Source of the DNA: Anaerolineales bacterium UBA3082
GTDB lineage: Bacteria > Chloroflexota > Anaerolineae > UBA7937
DNA length: 37,540 nucleotides
Assembly (NCBI GenBank): GCA_002366595.1
Contig: DFBK01000086.1
Location: 43,813-81,352, forward strand
Reading direction: 5' to 3'
Both the position numbers and the translations under genes were made by a program. Under the pieces are notes generated by a model, which was given only the letters and a program-made list of their open reading frames with translations, did no database searches and was not told the origin of the DNA. This document shows, in pieces, positions 8,331 to 17,388 of this stretch (positions are counted from its first letter, which is position 1; every line of letters starts with the position of its first letter).

Positions 8331-9514
8331 CTCTTGTGCGGGCTCCGGGGCGGAAGAGAGCGCCCCGCTCCTCCAAATGGTGAAGATATTTTGCACTCCA
8401 TAACATCTATTTCGCCACTATAGGATTGGCTTCCTGCCCCCTCTTTTCTCAGCCGGGGGCTAGTCCAGCCACAATTGTAGCACCCCTCCTCCAGCAGCCG
8501 CTTGACCGGGGCTGGACGGCCACATTGGGGGCAGGTCTCCACCTCCCCGATGACAATGCCCAGAGCCCCGGCCCATTCGGCCACCTCCTCGCCGGCGAAG
8601 AGGGCCTCGGCCGAGCCGTGGGCATTGTTGTAGGAGACAACGAGGACGGCCCGCTCCCTGATGATCCCCCCCAGGTCTCTTGTCTCCACCCTGGCCCCCG
8701 TTATCTGGGCGAGGGGGACATCCAACAGCGCCTTGCGATCCTCATTGCACCACCAAAACAGGCGTTTGTTGGTCAGATATAGCCGACCTGGCCTCCAGGT
8801 CTCCCCGATAATACCAGCAGGTGGAGCTTCATACCACATCTTCGCATCGGCGCTTATCTCCTCGCCTTCGCTGAGGAGCCTATCTACCTCTTCACCAAGC
8901 GCAGGGATGAAGGGGTTTTCCTCTAAGGGAAGCCCCAGAACCTCCATCCTCCCCTCGATGGCCTCCTTGAGTTCCCATGGCTTCTCGGCGTAGAGATAGG
9001 CCGGAAGGTCAGGGTTGAGCAGGAGATAGATCATGTCCCTCTCGACGCCTGTGAAGTGGGTCTCCCTGTTGATGGCCAAGCCCTTTATGTGTTCGAAGTA
9101 TGCCTCGAACAGCACCTCGGCCGGTTCGCTGCGAAACAGAAGCAACCTTCTGTTGGTGAGATGAAAATACCCTGGCCGCCAGGCGCGGTAGATACCTTTT
9201 CTGTACCAATGGGCTCCGTACATCCGTAGGAGGACCTCTTCGTCGGCAAGCAAGGGTGGTTCCTTCCTCTTTACATGCTTCCGTTCCCACTCGCGGGTGC
9301 GCTCATCCCAATCGCGCATTACCCCGTACTTCAGCATGGTCTCCATCCCTGCCAGAGCCGCCCTCAGGTTGATCCCGAGCAAAGGGATACCGGCTACGGA
9401 GATGATGATGTCGGCGTTAAGCACCAGCCCCTTTTCCAACACCCTGTCCAGCAGGTCTACCAGAGTGGCGTGCTTTTCTCTTGTCGGCGTCATCAGCACG
9501 CTTTGTGCTTCCAT
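8321..9514 (-). CDS. GvpJ/GvpA-family domain fused to two GRAM/PH-like domains and a C-terminal zinc ribbon (start refined to MEAQSV)
   Basis: TLVDLLDRVLEKGLVLNADIIISVAGIPLLGINLRAALAGMET; two WRPG..(Y/H)LTN(R/K)RL motifs; CPQCG..GCYNCGW. Confidence 0.85.
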   Translation of the reverse strand: MEAQSVLMTPTREKHATLVDLLDRVLEKGLVLNADIIISVAGIPLLGINLRAALAGMETMLKYGVMRDWDERTREWERKHVKRKEPPLLADEEVLLRMYGAHWYRKGIYRAWRPGYFHLTNRRLLLFRSEPAEVLFEAYFEHIKGLAINRETHFTGVERDMIYLLLNPDLPAYLYAEKPWELKEAIEGRMEVLGLPLEENPFIPALGEEVDRLLSEGEEISADAKMWYEAPPAGIIGETWRPGRLYLTNKRLFWWCNEDRKALLDVPLAQITGARVETRDLGGIIRERAVLVVSYNNAHGSAEALFAGEEVAEWAGALGIVIGEVETCPQCGRPAPVKRLLEEGCYNCGWTSPRLRKEGAGSQSYSGEIDVMECKISSPFGGAGRSLPPRSPHKRGW

Positions 9515-9518
9515 AGCC

Positions 9519-9815
9519 TCACTTCTTCGCGGGAAGGGGCACGACCCCCTTCCCCAAGCAATTGGCGCAGGACATCCACTTGCCAGGAACACGGCCGGTT
9601 CCTCGGCAAGCGGGGCAAGTCATGTAGGGCGTTCTGATCAAGGCCCATCCCCTCCCGCCGCAAACGCCACATTTAGCCTTAGAGGGTGGATGGCCAAAGG
9701 GGTAGGTGCCCCGCCCTCGGCAAAAGGGGCACGCTACCCTCACTATCTCCCCCAGCTTTGCGGAACGACCTTCTCTCTTATCTATCCCTCGCGCCTCTGA
9801 GTAGTCCAGCAGCAT
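9519..9815 (-). CDS. Stand-alone DnaJ-type zinc-finger protein
   Basis: Four CxxCxGxG motifs. Confidence 0.8.
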   Translation of the reverse strand: MLLDYSEARGIDKREGRSAKLGEIVRVACPFCRGRGTYPFGHPPSKAKCGVCGGRGWALIRTPYMTCPACRGTGRVPGKWMSCANCLGKGVVPLPAKK

Positions 9816-9846
9816 CAGAACCTCGAAGACCAGCTCTTGCCCATGA

Positions 9847-10065
9847 TCAGGCAGGATAGTAAAGCTCGTCCTTCCTCTTGATTTTGCCCGCTTCCACCAG
9901 GGCTCGCAGTACCCTTTCGACTTCGTTCTGTGATAGGCCCAAGAGGGCCTCTACATCCTCGGCCTTTACGCCCGGGAAGTTGACGATGTAGGCCGACGCC
10001 CTTTCGGCCACCGAAGCGGTCTGACGCGATCTGGGCTGTGCAGGTGTTCTAACTTGGCCCCTCAT
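9847..10065 (-). CDS. Small winged-helix-like protein, equivalent to the C-half of 7465-8052
   Basis: ASAYIVNFPGVKAEDVEALLGLS...ELYYPA; ATGA overlap with the upstream ORF. Confidence 0.7.
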   Translation of the reverse strand: MRGQVRTPAQPRSRQTASVAERASAYIVNFPGVKAEDVEALLGLSQNEVERVLRALVEAGKIKRKDELYYPA

Positions 10066-10394
10066 GCCCGCGCCCGTGGTGTCGACCTCGCCGCTCGCAC
10101 CGACAGCCCTGGCCTACCGATAGGTTCCCTGACCGTTATCACACCTTTGCCTTTGCAAGCAGTGCAGGTCAGCCTGCGGCCAGGCTCCTTACCTGTCCCC
10201 CCACAATCGGGACAGGGCACATAGGGGACCATCACGCGATTGTATCCCTTGCCGCCACAAACGGAGCAGTTCGACTCGGGACCTGGAAGACCAAACGGGT
10301 CAACGCCCCGCCCTCCGCAATAGGCGCATCTGACATCCACCTTTCCCCTTGGCTCTCCGGAGGGGTGTTTGAACCTAGCTTCGCTATACACCAT
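10062..10394 (-). CDS. DnaJ-type zinc-finger protein, equivalent to the N-half of 7465-8052
   Basis: Four CxxCxGxG motifs; DPFG.PGPESNCS shared with 7465-8052. Confidence 0.82.
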   Translation of the reverse strand: MVYSEARFKHPSGEPRGKVDVRCAYCGGRGVDPFGLPGPESNCSVCGGKGYNRVMVPYVPCPDCGGTGKEPGRRLTCTACKGKGVITVREPIGRPGLSVRAARSTPRARA

Positions 10395-10423
10395 CTCTCA
10401 CGCCCACCTGAAATCGAACTCTA

Positions 10424-10702
10424 TCACGCCCAAGGGGGCAACTCTGTTATCTCGCGTCCCCGCGCAACGTATTCTGTCACATGATGGGGCCTCTCCAGCG
10501 GGATCAGGCCCACCTCCTCAGCGTACTTGAGGTAAGTGTCGACCGAGACGACCGCCACCCTCTCTTCCAGGACGAGGATCTGAATGCCCAGGATAAGCGA
10601 GACCAGGACATCTTTCCTGCGCTCAATGACGATTCCCTTGTCCAAGATGCGGTCCATGACCTCCACCAGGCTCCATGAGGCGGGTATCCTCTCTACCGAC
10701 AC
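10424..10702 (-). CDS. Divergent GvpA/GvpJ-family gas vesicle protein
   Basis: [17 protein letters not shown]...[20 protein letters not shown]. Confidence 0.85.
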   Translation of the reverse strand: MSVERIPASWSLVEVMDRILDKGIVIERRKDVLVSLILGIQILVLEERVAVVSVDTYLKYAEEVGLIPLERPHHVTEYVARGREITELPPWA

Positions 10703-10709
10703 TCCACCC

Positions 10710-11540
10710 TCACCTCCGCTTTTCAGTTTCGTCTCCGATGGCCGCTATCTTGGCCGCGAAGGTGTAGGGGGGCCAGGGGCCCGTGAAGCGAATCTCCACC
10801 CCCTCCTCGGCTTGGATCTCCGTCAATACTTCCCCTAGAGCCCTGACCCGGTCCTTTTTCACCAAGAGAGATAAATTCATGATCATTTGCCTATTCTTAT
10901 CTCTCTTGACCTTACTCACCTCAATGTCCTCGGCATAAGCCCTCAGCCTCTCATAATAATCCCTGTAATCCCTACCGGCCTTCGCCTCCATCTCCTTCTT
11001 TACCGCATCCTCTATCTTATGCTGATAGAAGTAGGCCATGCCCTTGGACTTGGTGGTCATCTCGGCCACCAGTTTCCTAATCGCTTCATTCTCCTCGGCG
11101 ATCCGCCGGGTGATGACCTTGGGGTCCCAGAAGATCTGAACGCCCAGTTCGACCTTGTCCCTGAACTCGTCCAATGCCATTTTAAGAGCCTCATACTCGT
11201 CTTCCAGCCACTTGCGAACGTTATCGTCGGCGCTCCTCTCCTCATCGGGCCTGACTATGACATCGAAGCTCATGGGAAGGATCGAGCCAGCCTCCTCCCA
11301 GGCGGCGTCCACTACATCGCTGTGGGTGGCCACCATCTCCTTCACCGTCGCCTCGTCCCCCTGGTACGGCTCGGGAGGGCAGTCATGGACAACGGCGCTA
11401 ATCTCCTTGTAAGATATGGTGTAGACCGTATTGCCCTCGATTCCAATGGGGCTGAAGTTGTCTTTATCTATGTAAGGGATTACGGCATAGATGTATCTGG
11501 CCTCCGGGGCCTTCTCCTCCAGGTTTGCCATCCTTGTCAC
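10710..11540 (-). CDS. GvpL/GvpF family gas vesicle protein
   Basis: [37 protein letters not shown]. Confidence 0.9.
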   Translation of the reverse strand: MTRMANLEEKAPEARYIYAVIPYIDKDNFSPIGIEGNTVYTISYKEISAVVHDCPPEPYQGDEATVKEMVATHSDVVDAAWEEAGSILPMSFDVIVRPDEERSADDNVRKWLEDEYEALKMALDEFRDKVELGVQIFWDPKVITRRIAEENEAIRKLVAEMTTKSKGMAYFYQHKIEDAVKKEMEAKAGRDYRDYYERLRAYAEDIEVSKVKRDKNRQMIMNLSLLVKKDRVRALGEVLTEIQAEEGVEIRFTGPWPPYTFAAKIAAIGDETEKRR

Positions 11541-12895
11541 CTCCTCTTTTTCTCAAACCTGATCTGCAATATACCCTTGTTATACCTGGTGGTGAGCTGT
11601 TCGGCGTCAACCTCGGGGGGAAGAGTTACCTCTTCGTGGTATTTGCGCTCTTGGGCATCGGCGGCCACGGTGAGCTTGTTCCCCTTCGCACTTACTCGGA
11701 TGTCTTCCTCTTGAACGCCGGCCAGTTCCATAATGACCATGACATGGTCACCCTCGTCGAAGATGTCTATCAACCTCCCTTCCTCGGCCGGGCGCCTTTC
11801 CGCCTCTTGGCTCAGCCACCAACTATACAGGACATTCTCCCCGGTCACATAATCCATCCTCGATTGCTCGAAGACCAAGAGCGGCACGCCCAGCATCTTG
11901 CGAGCCATCGGATTGATCACCTCTTTGATGCGGGTTAACACGTTCATGTGAGACGATTCGCCCAACAATTGTCGTAGCTCCTCGAGCTTGGCGTGCCTAT
12001 TCTCCCACAGGTACCAAATGATCTCCCTGCTTGCCGGGTCCAGGGCCTGAGCGACCTTGGCTACATGTTCTTCCTCGATCCTCTCAGGGAAGTCTCCATG
12101 ACCCTCGGCCAGTATCTCCTTCACCCGATCCCGGCGTGCCTGAGCGATGTCGCTCACCCACCAGGGCGTAGTGCCCTCAAAATCCTGGATCGTGGTTTCG
12201 CCACGGATGCTCGCAGGTGCCCTATCCAGCGCGCGGTCAAGCCCCGCCTTAATTACCTCCCCCCTCTCGCCCAGGGGTATCTTTCCCTGGATACGATCTC
12301 GGCGTGCCTGGTCAAGATCTCCCTTCTTCGTTCTGCCACTCCGAACCTCGCTTCCTTCCTCGGCCTCGAGTTCGGCCAATAGCTCTCCAAGTTGGACGTG
12401 GTTCCAGTGCGGTTGAGCAGAGTCGACATGGGCCCGAGTGGGAATCCTCCTTTGCCCGGCATGGATCTGATCCCATATCTCATGGACACGATCCCGTCGC
12501 GCCTGAGCAACATCGCTCTCCGTCAGCACGCCCTGCACCTTTAGCACCACCTCTTTCTCCAAAAGGAGTTCGGCGATCCTTTCGCGCCAGGAATGTAAGT
12601 GGGCAGTGATGATGGTGGCCTCCCGAGGCCGGCCGCTGGCTCCATCCCGGTAGGAGAGGAGCATGCAGGTTTTGGTAGCCAAGATGAAGGGCCTTTTGTA
12701 GAAACCCACGGCGGTGATCTTCTCAAGTGGGACGTTGAGTATTAGCCTTTTCACCTGGCGAAAGAGCAATCTCTTATTGGTGAGATAGAGGTGTCCAAGT
12801 TTCCAGGAGCGCCTTGAGAGATGCGCACCTTGTTGGTATAGGATAATTCGCTCACCCTCGCCCAGTGGAAGTTCGGACGCTCGGCTCATTATCAC
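11537..12895 (-). CDS. Multidomain protein: GRAM/PH-like, three QARRDR repeats, helix-turn-helix-like region, Hsp20 (GvpH-like) domain
   Basis: GHLYLTNKRLLF; DPASREIIWYLWENRHAKLEELRQL; DIFDEGD..ELAGV..YNKGILQIRFEK. Confidence 0.8.
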   Translation of the reverse strand: MIMSRASELPLGEGERIILYQQGAHLSRRSWKLGHLYLTNKRLLFRQVKRLILNVPLEKITAVGFYKRPFILATKTCMLLSYRDGASGRPREATIITAHLHSWRERIAELLLEKEVVLKVQGVLTESDVAQARRDRVHEIWDQIHAGQRRIPTRAHVDSAQPHWNHVQLGELLAELEAEEGSEVRSGRTKKGDLDQARRDRIQGKIPLGERGEVIKAGLDRALDRAPASIRGETTIQDFEGTTPWWVSDIAQARRDRVKEILAEGHGDFPERIEEEHVAKVAQALDPASREIIWYLWENRHAKLEELRQLLGESSHMNVLTRIKEVINPMARKMLGVPLLVFEQSRMDYVTGENVLYSWWLSQEAERRPAEEGRLIDIFDEGDHVMVIMELAGVQEEDIRVSAKGNKLTVAADAQERKYHEEVTLPPEVDAEQLTTRYNKGILQIRFEKKRR

Positions 12896-13224
12896 CTCAT
12901 CACCTGCTTGTCATACTCCTCCGCCCACCGGTCGGGGTTTAACATCTTGTCCAAGACTTCATCCACGATGTCGTCCAGGCCGTCCCTCACATTCTGAACG
13001 GTGTCAGTTATGCCGTGCTCTGTCTTTATCTGATCGAGAGCGATGTCGAGATCCATCAGGGCTTCTCCTAGCCTTTCTATCTCATCCTCAGTCAGGCTTC
13101 CCCCATCCATCCGTTTGAAGGCCTGTAGGCGAAGGGCATCTCTTATTATCTCCACTAGGGCGATGACCAATCCTAGAATTCCGTGCTTGAAATTGTCTTC
13201 ATCGAGGTCGACTATACCGGCCAC
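12892..13224 (-). CDS. gvpK: Gas vesicle protein K
   Basis: GILGLVIALVEIIRDALRLQAFKRMDGGSLTEDEIERLGEALM follows the GvpK pattern. Confidence 0.88.
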   Translation of the reverse strand: MAGIVDLDEDNFKHGILGLVIALVEIIRDALRLQAFKRMDGGSLTEDEIERLGEALMDLDIALDQIKTEHGITDTVQNVRDGLDDIVDEVLDKMLNPDRWAEEYDKQVMR

Positions 13225-13245
13225 AATCTCCCTTTCCTGCTCGAT

Positions 13246-14082
13246 CTACCTCACCAATGGGGGCGAGGCTTCGTTCTTCTCTCTCTGACGGGGGCTCACC
13301 CAGCCACAGTTAGGGCATCCTTTCTCTAGCAACTGTTGGGTAGGAGCAGGGCACTCACCGCGAGGACAGGTCTCCATCTCCTCGGCGATGGGGCGGGGAC
13401 TTGATACCACATCTTGGCCTCAGCGGTTATTTCCTTTTCCCTAAGGAGCCTATCTATCTCCGCATCGAGGGGAGAAAGCACAGAGTTCTCATCCAAGGGA
13501 AGGCCTAACACTTCCCTTCTCGCCCGAATGGCCTCTTGAAGTTCCCTTGGCTTTTCGGTGTAGAGATAGGCCAGCCTTTCAGGGTTGAGAGCCAAATAGA
13601 TCATGTCCCTCTCGATGCCCGTGAAGTGAGTTTCTCTCTTGATGGCCAAGCCTTTGGATCTTCTCCAAGGCAGTTTCAAGGAGCATCTCCCCAGGCTCGC
13701 GGCGAAGCAAAAACAGCCTCTTGTTGGTGAGGTAGAGATGTCCAGGTTGCCAAGTGCGATAGATACCATTGCTATGCCAATGGGCCCCATACATCCGTAA
13801 GAATATCTCCTCTTCAGCCAACAAGAGCGGTTCCCTCTTTTTGATATGTTCCCGCTCCCATTCGCGGGTGCGCTCGTCCCACTCCCGCATCAGCCCGTAC
13901 TTCAGCATGGTCTCCATCCCTGCCAGAGCCGCTCTGAGGTTAACCCCTAATAAGGGGATGCAGACTACGGAGATGATGATGTCGGCGTTGAGCACCAGCC
14001 CTTTCTCCAGGACCCTATCAAGGAGGTCTATCAAAGTAGCCTTGCGGTATCTGGATGGTAGTAGAACAGGTTTTGCTTCCAA
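13246..14082 (-). pseudogene. Degenerate paralog of the GvpJ-GRAM-GRAM-zinc ribbon gene (8321-9514)
   Basis: +1 frameshift at ~13656 and an ~90-codon deletion near 13390 that removes most of the second GRAM domain. The zinc-ribbon tail ETCPRGECPAPTQQLLEKGCPNCGW ends at TAG 13246. The GvpJ part (13579-14082) is still open. Confidence 0.8.
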
Positions 14083-14101
14083 TGTTTCCCCTTGAAGGAA
14101 T

Positions 14102-14446
14102 CTATTCCTGCGATGGCCAGAGTGCCGCCAGTTGCCTCTCCCATTCCTCCCTGCCTGCTTTGTTTTCCGCCCGATACTCAGCGATGAGGCTCCTAACCTC
14201 GGCTTTGATTCTGGCTAGCTCTCTTTGGCGTGCGTCATGATCATCTTTGAATTGAGCCCTAAGTTCACTGATCTCCGCCTCACGGGCGATGCGATCGGCT
14301 TGGATGCGGAATATGACCTCACGAAGGTGTTCCTCGGCGCGGGCAATCCTCGCCTTCCGAATCCGAGCCACCTGCTCAGTCAACTCCGGCTTTCCTAGAT
14401 CCACTGCTGCTTCGGCTAGGATTCGCAACTCCCGGTCCTTGAGCAT
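14102..14446 (-). CDS. Charged coiled-coil protein, possibly GvpC-like (start refined to MLKDRE)
   Basis: Amphipathic Arg/Glu/Ala helices (ISELRAQFKDDH, VRSLIAEYRAEN); GAGGAG RBS. Confidence 0.55.
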   Translation of the reverse strand: MLKDRELRILAEAAVDLGKPELTEQVARIRKARIARAEEHLREVIFRIQADRIAREAEISELRAQFKDDHDARQRELARIKAEVRSLIAEYRAENKAGREEWERQLAALWPSQE

Positions 14447-15480
14447 GAGCGGTCTCCTCTCATCTTGACCCCTGGGGCACACTCTGGAGTTCCAAGGCTA
14501 TCATCCCCTTGATCCCTCAGGACACCCCTGGCAAGCAACTCTTCATCCTCAGTTGGAGTAGATGCAGGGTAATAGAGTTCCCCGTTCAGACGAAGTTTGC
14601 CCTTCTTCACCAAGCCTTGCAGCGTCTCCTGGGCCTCAACCTTCGACAGGCCGAAGAGTATCTCGACATCTGCACAGTTGACGCCCGGCCCAATCAGGAT
14701 GTAGCCCGGCACCCTCTCCTCCAACGGATGGGGAGGACCCGAAATGGGCATAGGCTCCGCAGGCGCTTGCTCTTCGGTGGGCTCGGATTCGGCCTCGGGC
14801 GAAGCATGCTTCGCCGCTTCGGATGCTCGCGATCCTGCTGATGCCGCCCTGGTATCCAACCAATCCGCTACTCCCGTCCCCTGACAAAGTGGGCAAAGGG
14901 GCCGTGCTCTCCCTCTACAAGGTGGCGGCAAACCTTTCCTCCTTCTCTCCCTAAGATCCACGAGGGACAATCCTTCCTCCGGCTCTAAACCGCTTCCCCC
15001 GCAGTGCGGGCAGGCGTTCGGCTTCCTTCTCACGGTCAAGTAGCCAGTGCCCTTGCACTTGATACAGGTTAGCGCCGTTCCCGGGACGCCTCCACTTCCA
15101 CCACAGCGGTCGCATTTCTCGTAGGGGGCCCTCACTCGAACTTGGCCCCTTCCCCAGCAGACAGGACAGTTCGCGCCTCGGAGAGTACCATTACCGCCAC
15201 AATAGCCGCAATCCAGTTCTACCATCTCCGGCAGGTCAGCGGGCTCTCCCTTTCCAAGATCGGCCCGCAATTGGGCCATGAATTCCTTAACCTCTTCCTT
15301 CCGAGCAGCATTTTCCGCTGCCCATCGAGACCTGGACTCACCGAGTTCCTGCCTCAACCCGGCCATGAGTTCCCTGGCCTCCGTCTTCCAAGGGGGAACG
15401 GACTCCTCTCCCCTCGAAGACGTGTGGCGCTTTAGGGATCGGGCCACGAAACCTATCCTTCCCTCTTCCCTCATCGTCAA
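14416..15480 (-). CDS. GvpC-like helical N-terminus + multiple CxxCxGxG zinc fingers + winged-helix-like domain
   Basis: Six CxxCxGxG motifs; VPGYILIGPGVNCADVEILFGLS...ELYYPA. Confidence 0.75.
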   Translation of the reverse strand: MTMREEGRIGFVARSLKRHTSSRGEESVPPWKTEARELMAGLRQELGESRSRWAAENAARKEEVKEFMAQLRADLGKGEPADLPEMVELDCGYCGGNGTLRGANCPVCWGRGQVRVRAPYEKCDRCGGSGGVPGTALTCIKCKGTGYLTVRRKPNACPHCGGSGLEPEEGLSLVDLRERRRKGLPPPCRGRARPLCPLCQGTGVADWLDTRAASAGSRASEAAKHASPEAESEPTEEQAPAEPMPISGPPHPLEERVPGYILIGPGVNCADVEILFGLSKVEAQETLQGLVKKGKLRLNGELYYPASTPTEDEELLARGVLRDQGDDSLGTPECAPGVKMRGDRSCSRTGSCES

Positions 15481-15905
15481 ACATCTCCCATCTGGTCGAT
15501 CTCAAACTCCAGCTCTCGCTTAAGCCGCTCCTCTAGCCCCCTCTCTGCCTGTTTCCGCCTCAACCGCTCCCTCTCTTCTCTCGTCGGCCCAAAATCCGAT
15601 TCCAGCGCAATCGGCTTGAAGCCACAGACGTAACAGCCCTTCTCCAGTAACTGTTTGGTCACATTCATAGTTCCGCACTGGGTGCACCTCGTCCAATACG
15701 GCCGCTTCCTCTCTTGAGCCTCCGGTTTGGTGGCCTCATCGCCAGGCCTCCAGCCGCAGAGGTAGCAACCCCTCTTCTTGAGTTCCTTCTTCATCACCAG
15801 GCGGCCGCACTGCGGACATCTCGCCTTTAAGCGCCTCGCTTCCTTCTCCGCGTCCTGGGCGAAGTCCTTGATGCTCTCCAGGATTCTCTTCGCTATTACT
15901 GGCAT
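15477..15905 (-). CDS. Tandem zinc-ribbon protein
   Basis: CPQCG..GCYLCGW and CTQCG..GCYVCGF. Confidence 0.75.
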   Translation of the reverse strand: MPVIAKRILESIKDFAQDAEKEARRLKARCPQCGRLVMKKELKKRGCYLCGWRPGDEATKPEAQERKRPYWTRCTQCGTMNVTKQLLEKGCYVCGFKPIALESDFGPTREERERLRRKQAERGLEERLKRELEFEIDQMGDV

Positions 15906-15944
15906 ATCGCTCCCTCCATCTAAGGCCGGCAGAGCCGTCGGCCC

Positions 15945-16283
15945 CTACTCTACATCTGTGGGCTTCCGCCCACAGATGTAGCAGCCCTTTTCCCTTAACT
16001 CTTTTGCCACCACTACGGCCCCACAGTTAGAGCATTTCGTCCTGTAAGGATTGTTCCTCCTGTTTTCCCTCTCCCCCCTCCTCTGCCTCGCCAGTTTGGC
16101 TATCTCCTCTCCGGGCGTGCCGCAGAGATAGCAGCCTCCCCTCCTTTTAACCTCGGCTTTCTCCACGAAGCCGCGGCAGTAGAGGCACTGCACATAGGCT
16201 GGATCCCCCCTCATCTCATCTTCTTCGTCTGCAGCATCCCTGACGATGTCCATCAGAATCCAAAAGGGCTCCATAAATAGCAT
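15945..16283 (-). CDS. Tandem zinc-ribbon protein, paralog of 15477-15905
   Basis: CLYCRG..GCYLCG and PYRTKCSNCG..GCYICG. Confidence 0.75.
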   Translation of the reverse strand: MLFMEPFWILMDIVRDAADEEDEMRGDPAYVQCLYCRGFVEKAEVKRRGGCYLCGTPGEEIAKLARQRRGERENRRNNPYRTKCSNCGAVVVAKELREKGCYICGRKPTDVE

Positions 16284-16361
16284 CTCATCGCCTCTTGCTC
16301 ACGAACATAGGAGCCTTGGCAAAGGCTCTCACTGACATCTGGCTGGCGATGCTGCTTCTTT

Positions 16362-16718
16362 TCAAGCCTCTATGCCCTTGGCTTCAGCCCGGGCACTAAC
16401 CCAGCCACACCAGGGACAGCCCACTCCTAGCAGTTCCGCCGCCGTCACCCGTTTGCCGCACTGAGGGCATTCCTCTTTGGGGATTTGGGCCTCGGCCCAG
16501 GCTGGCGTTTCTATATTAGTCCCAGAAGGAAACTCCAGCCCGTATCTGGCAGCGGTCTCAAAGGAGGCCAAGGCTGCCCTGATTTTGACGCCCAAAAGTT
16601 CTACGCCCACTACCGAGACCATGATGTCAGCGTTGATCACCAGGCCCTTGTCCAAGATGGCGTCTACAACATCAACGAGGGTCCCACTCCGCACCGGCTC
16701 CGCATATTCTCTAGCCAA
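16362..16718 (-). CDS. gvpJ: GvpJ-family gas vesicle protein with C-terminal zinc ribbon
   Basis: TLVDVVDAILDKGLVINADIMVSVVGVELLGVKIRAALASFETAARYGLEFPSG; CPQCG..GCPWCGW. Confidence 0.85.
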   Translation of the reverse strand: MAREYAEPVRSGTLVDVVDAILDKGLVINADIMVSVVGVELLGVKIRAALASFETAARYGLEFPSGTNIETPAWAEAQIPKEECPQCGKRVTAAELLGVGCPWCGWVSARAEAKGIEA

Positions 16719-16902
16719 TTTCGCTTATCTCCTTCCGTAAGAATTTTGGTCTATAAGCGATGCCCCAGGCTTTGCTGCCCAGGCTTGACTTCTCGCTGCC
16801 TGCCGAAACCTACGGTAGCAGAAGGGTCTCGGTAGCCTGGCTCGGAAGATCACTGTTAGGCCTAGATGGGCAATATGGGCATCGCGCCCGACAACCAAAA
16901 CC

Positions 16903-17301
16903 CTACAAGCCTTCACCTTCCAGCCTAGCCACCCTCTCCTCCTCGGCCCGCTTTTCGGCGTGGATCTCGTCCACTATCTCCTTGACTCGCGCCCGGCGTG
17001 CTTCCTTTATATCCTTGAATCTCTGAGGCGTATAGAGCAACTCCAGGAGCCAGTAAAGATGCTTCGCTCGGTAAGGCTGCTCCTTGCTCTCGAAGAGGTA
17101 GGCCAGGTCCAGCATCCTTTCCCTGGCTTCTTCTTCCTCTGGGGTGCCATGATACTGGTCAATGATCTGCCGGTAGCCATCGATGGCTTCGCTGTAGTGC
17201 TCGTCTTCCTCCTGCCGGAGACATTCCCTCAGTATCGCCGCTCTACGAGCGGCCTCGATCTGCTCCAGGACCGATTTCTCTACCTTTTCTTGCTTAGCCA
17301 T
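16903..17301 (-). CDS. TPR-like helical protein with C-terminal EARRARVKEI motif
   Basis: YRQIIDQYHGTPEEEEARERMLDLA parallels 7164-7430. Confidence 0.7.
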   Translation of the reverse strand: MAKQEKVEKSVLEQIEAARRAAILRECLRQEEDEHYSEAIDGYRQIIDQYHGTPEEEEARERMLDLAYLFESKEQPYRAKHLYWLLELLYTPQRFKDIKEARRARVKEIVDEIHAEKRAEEERVARLEGEGL

Positions 17302-17388
17302 TTTCTATCCTCCTCTCTATTGAATGTTTCCTCTGATCGGGAACTCGATGGCTGATGCCAAAACATAACTGAAACACGAAATTCGCCG

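Noticed and set aside
16725-16916. 63 aa ORF between the TPR-like gene and gvpJ
   Set aside because: It has no motif support and could be a spacer; it is not GvpO-like.
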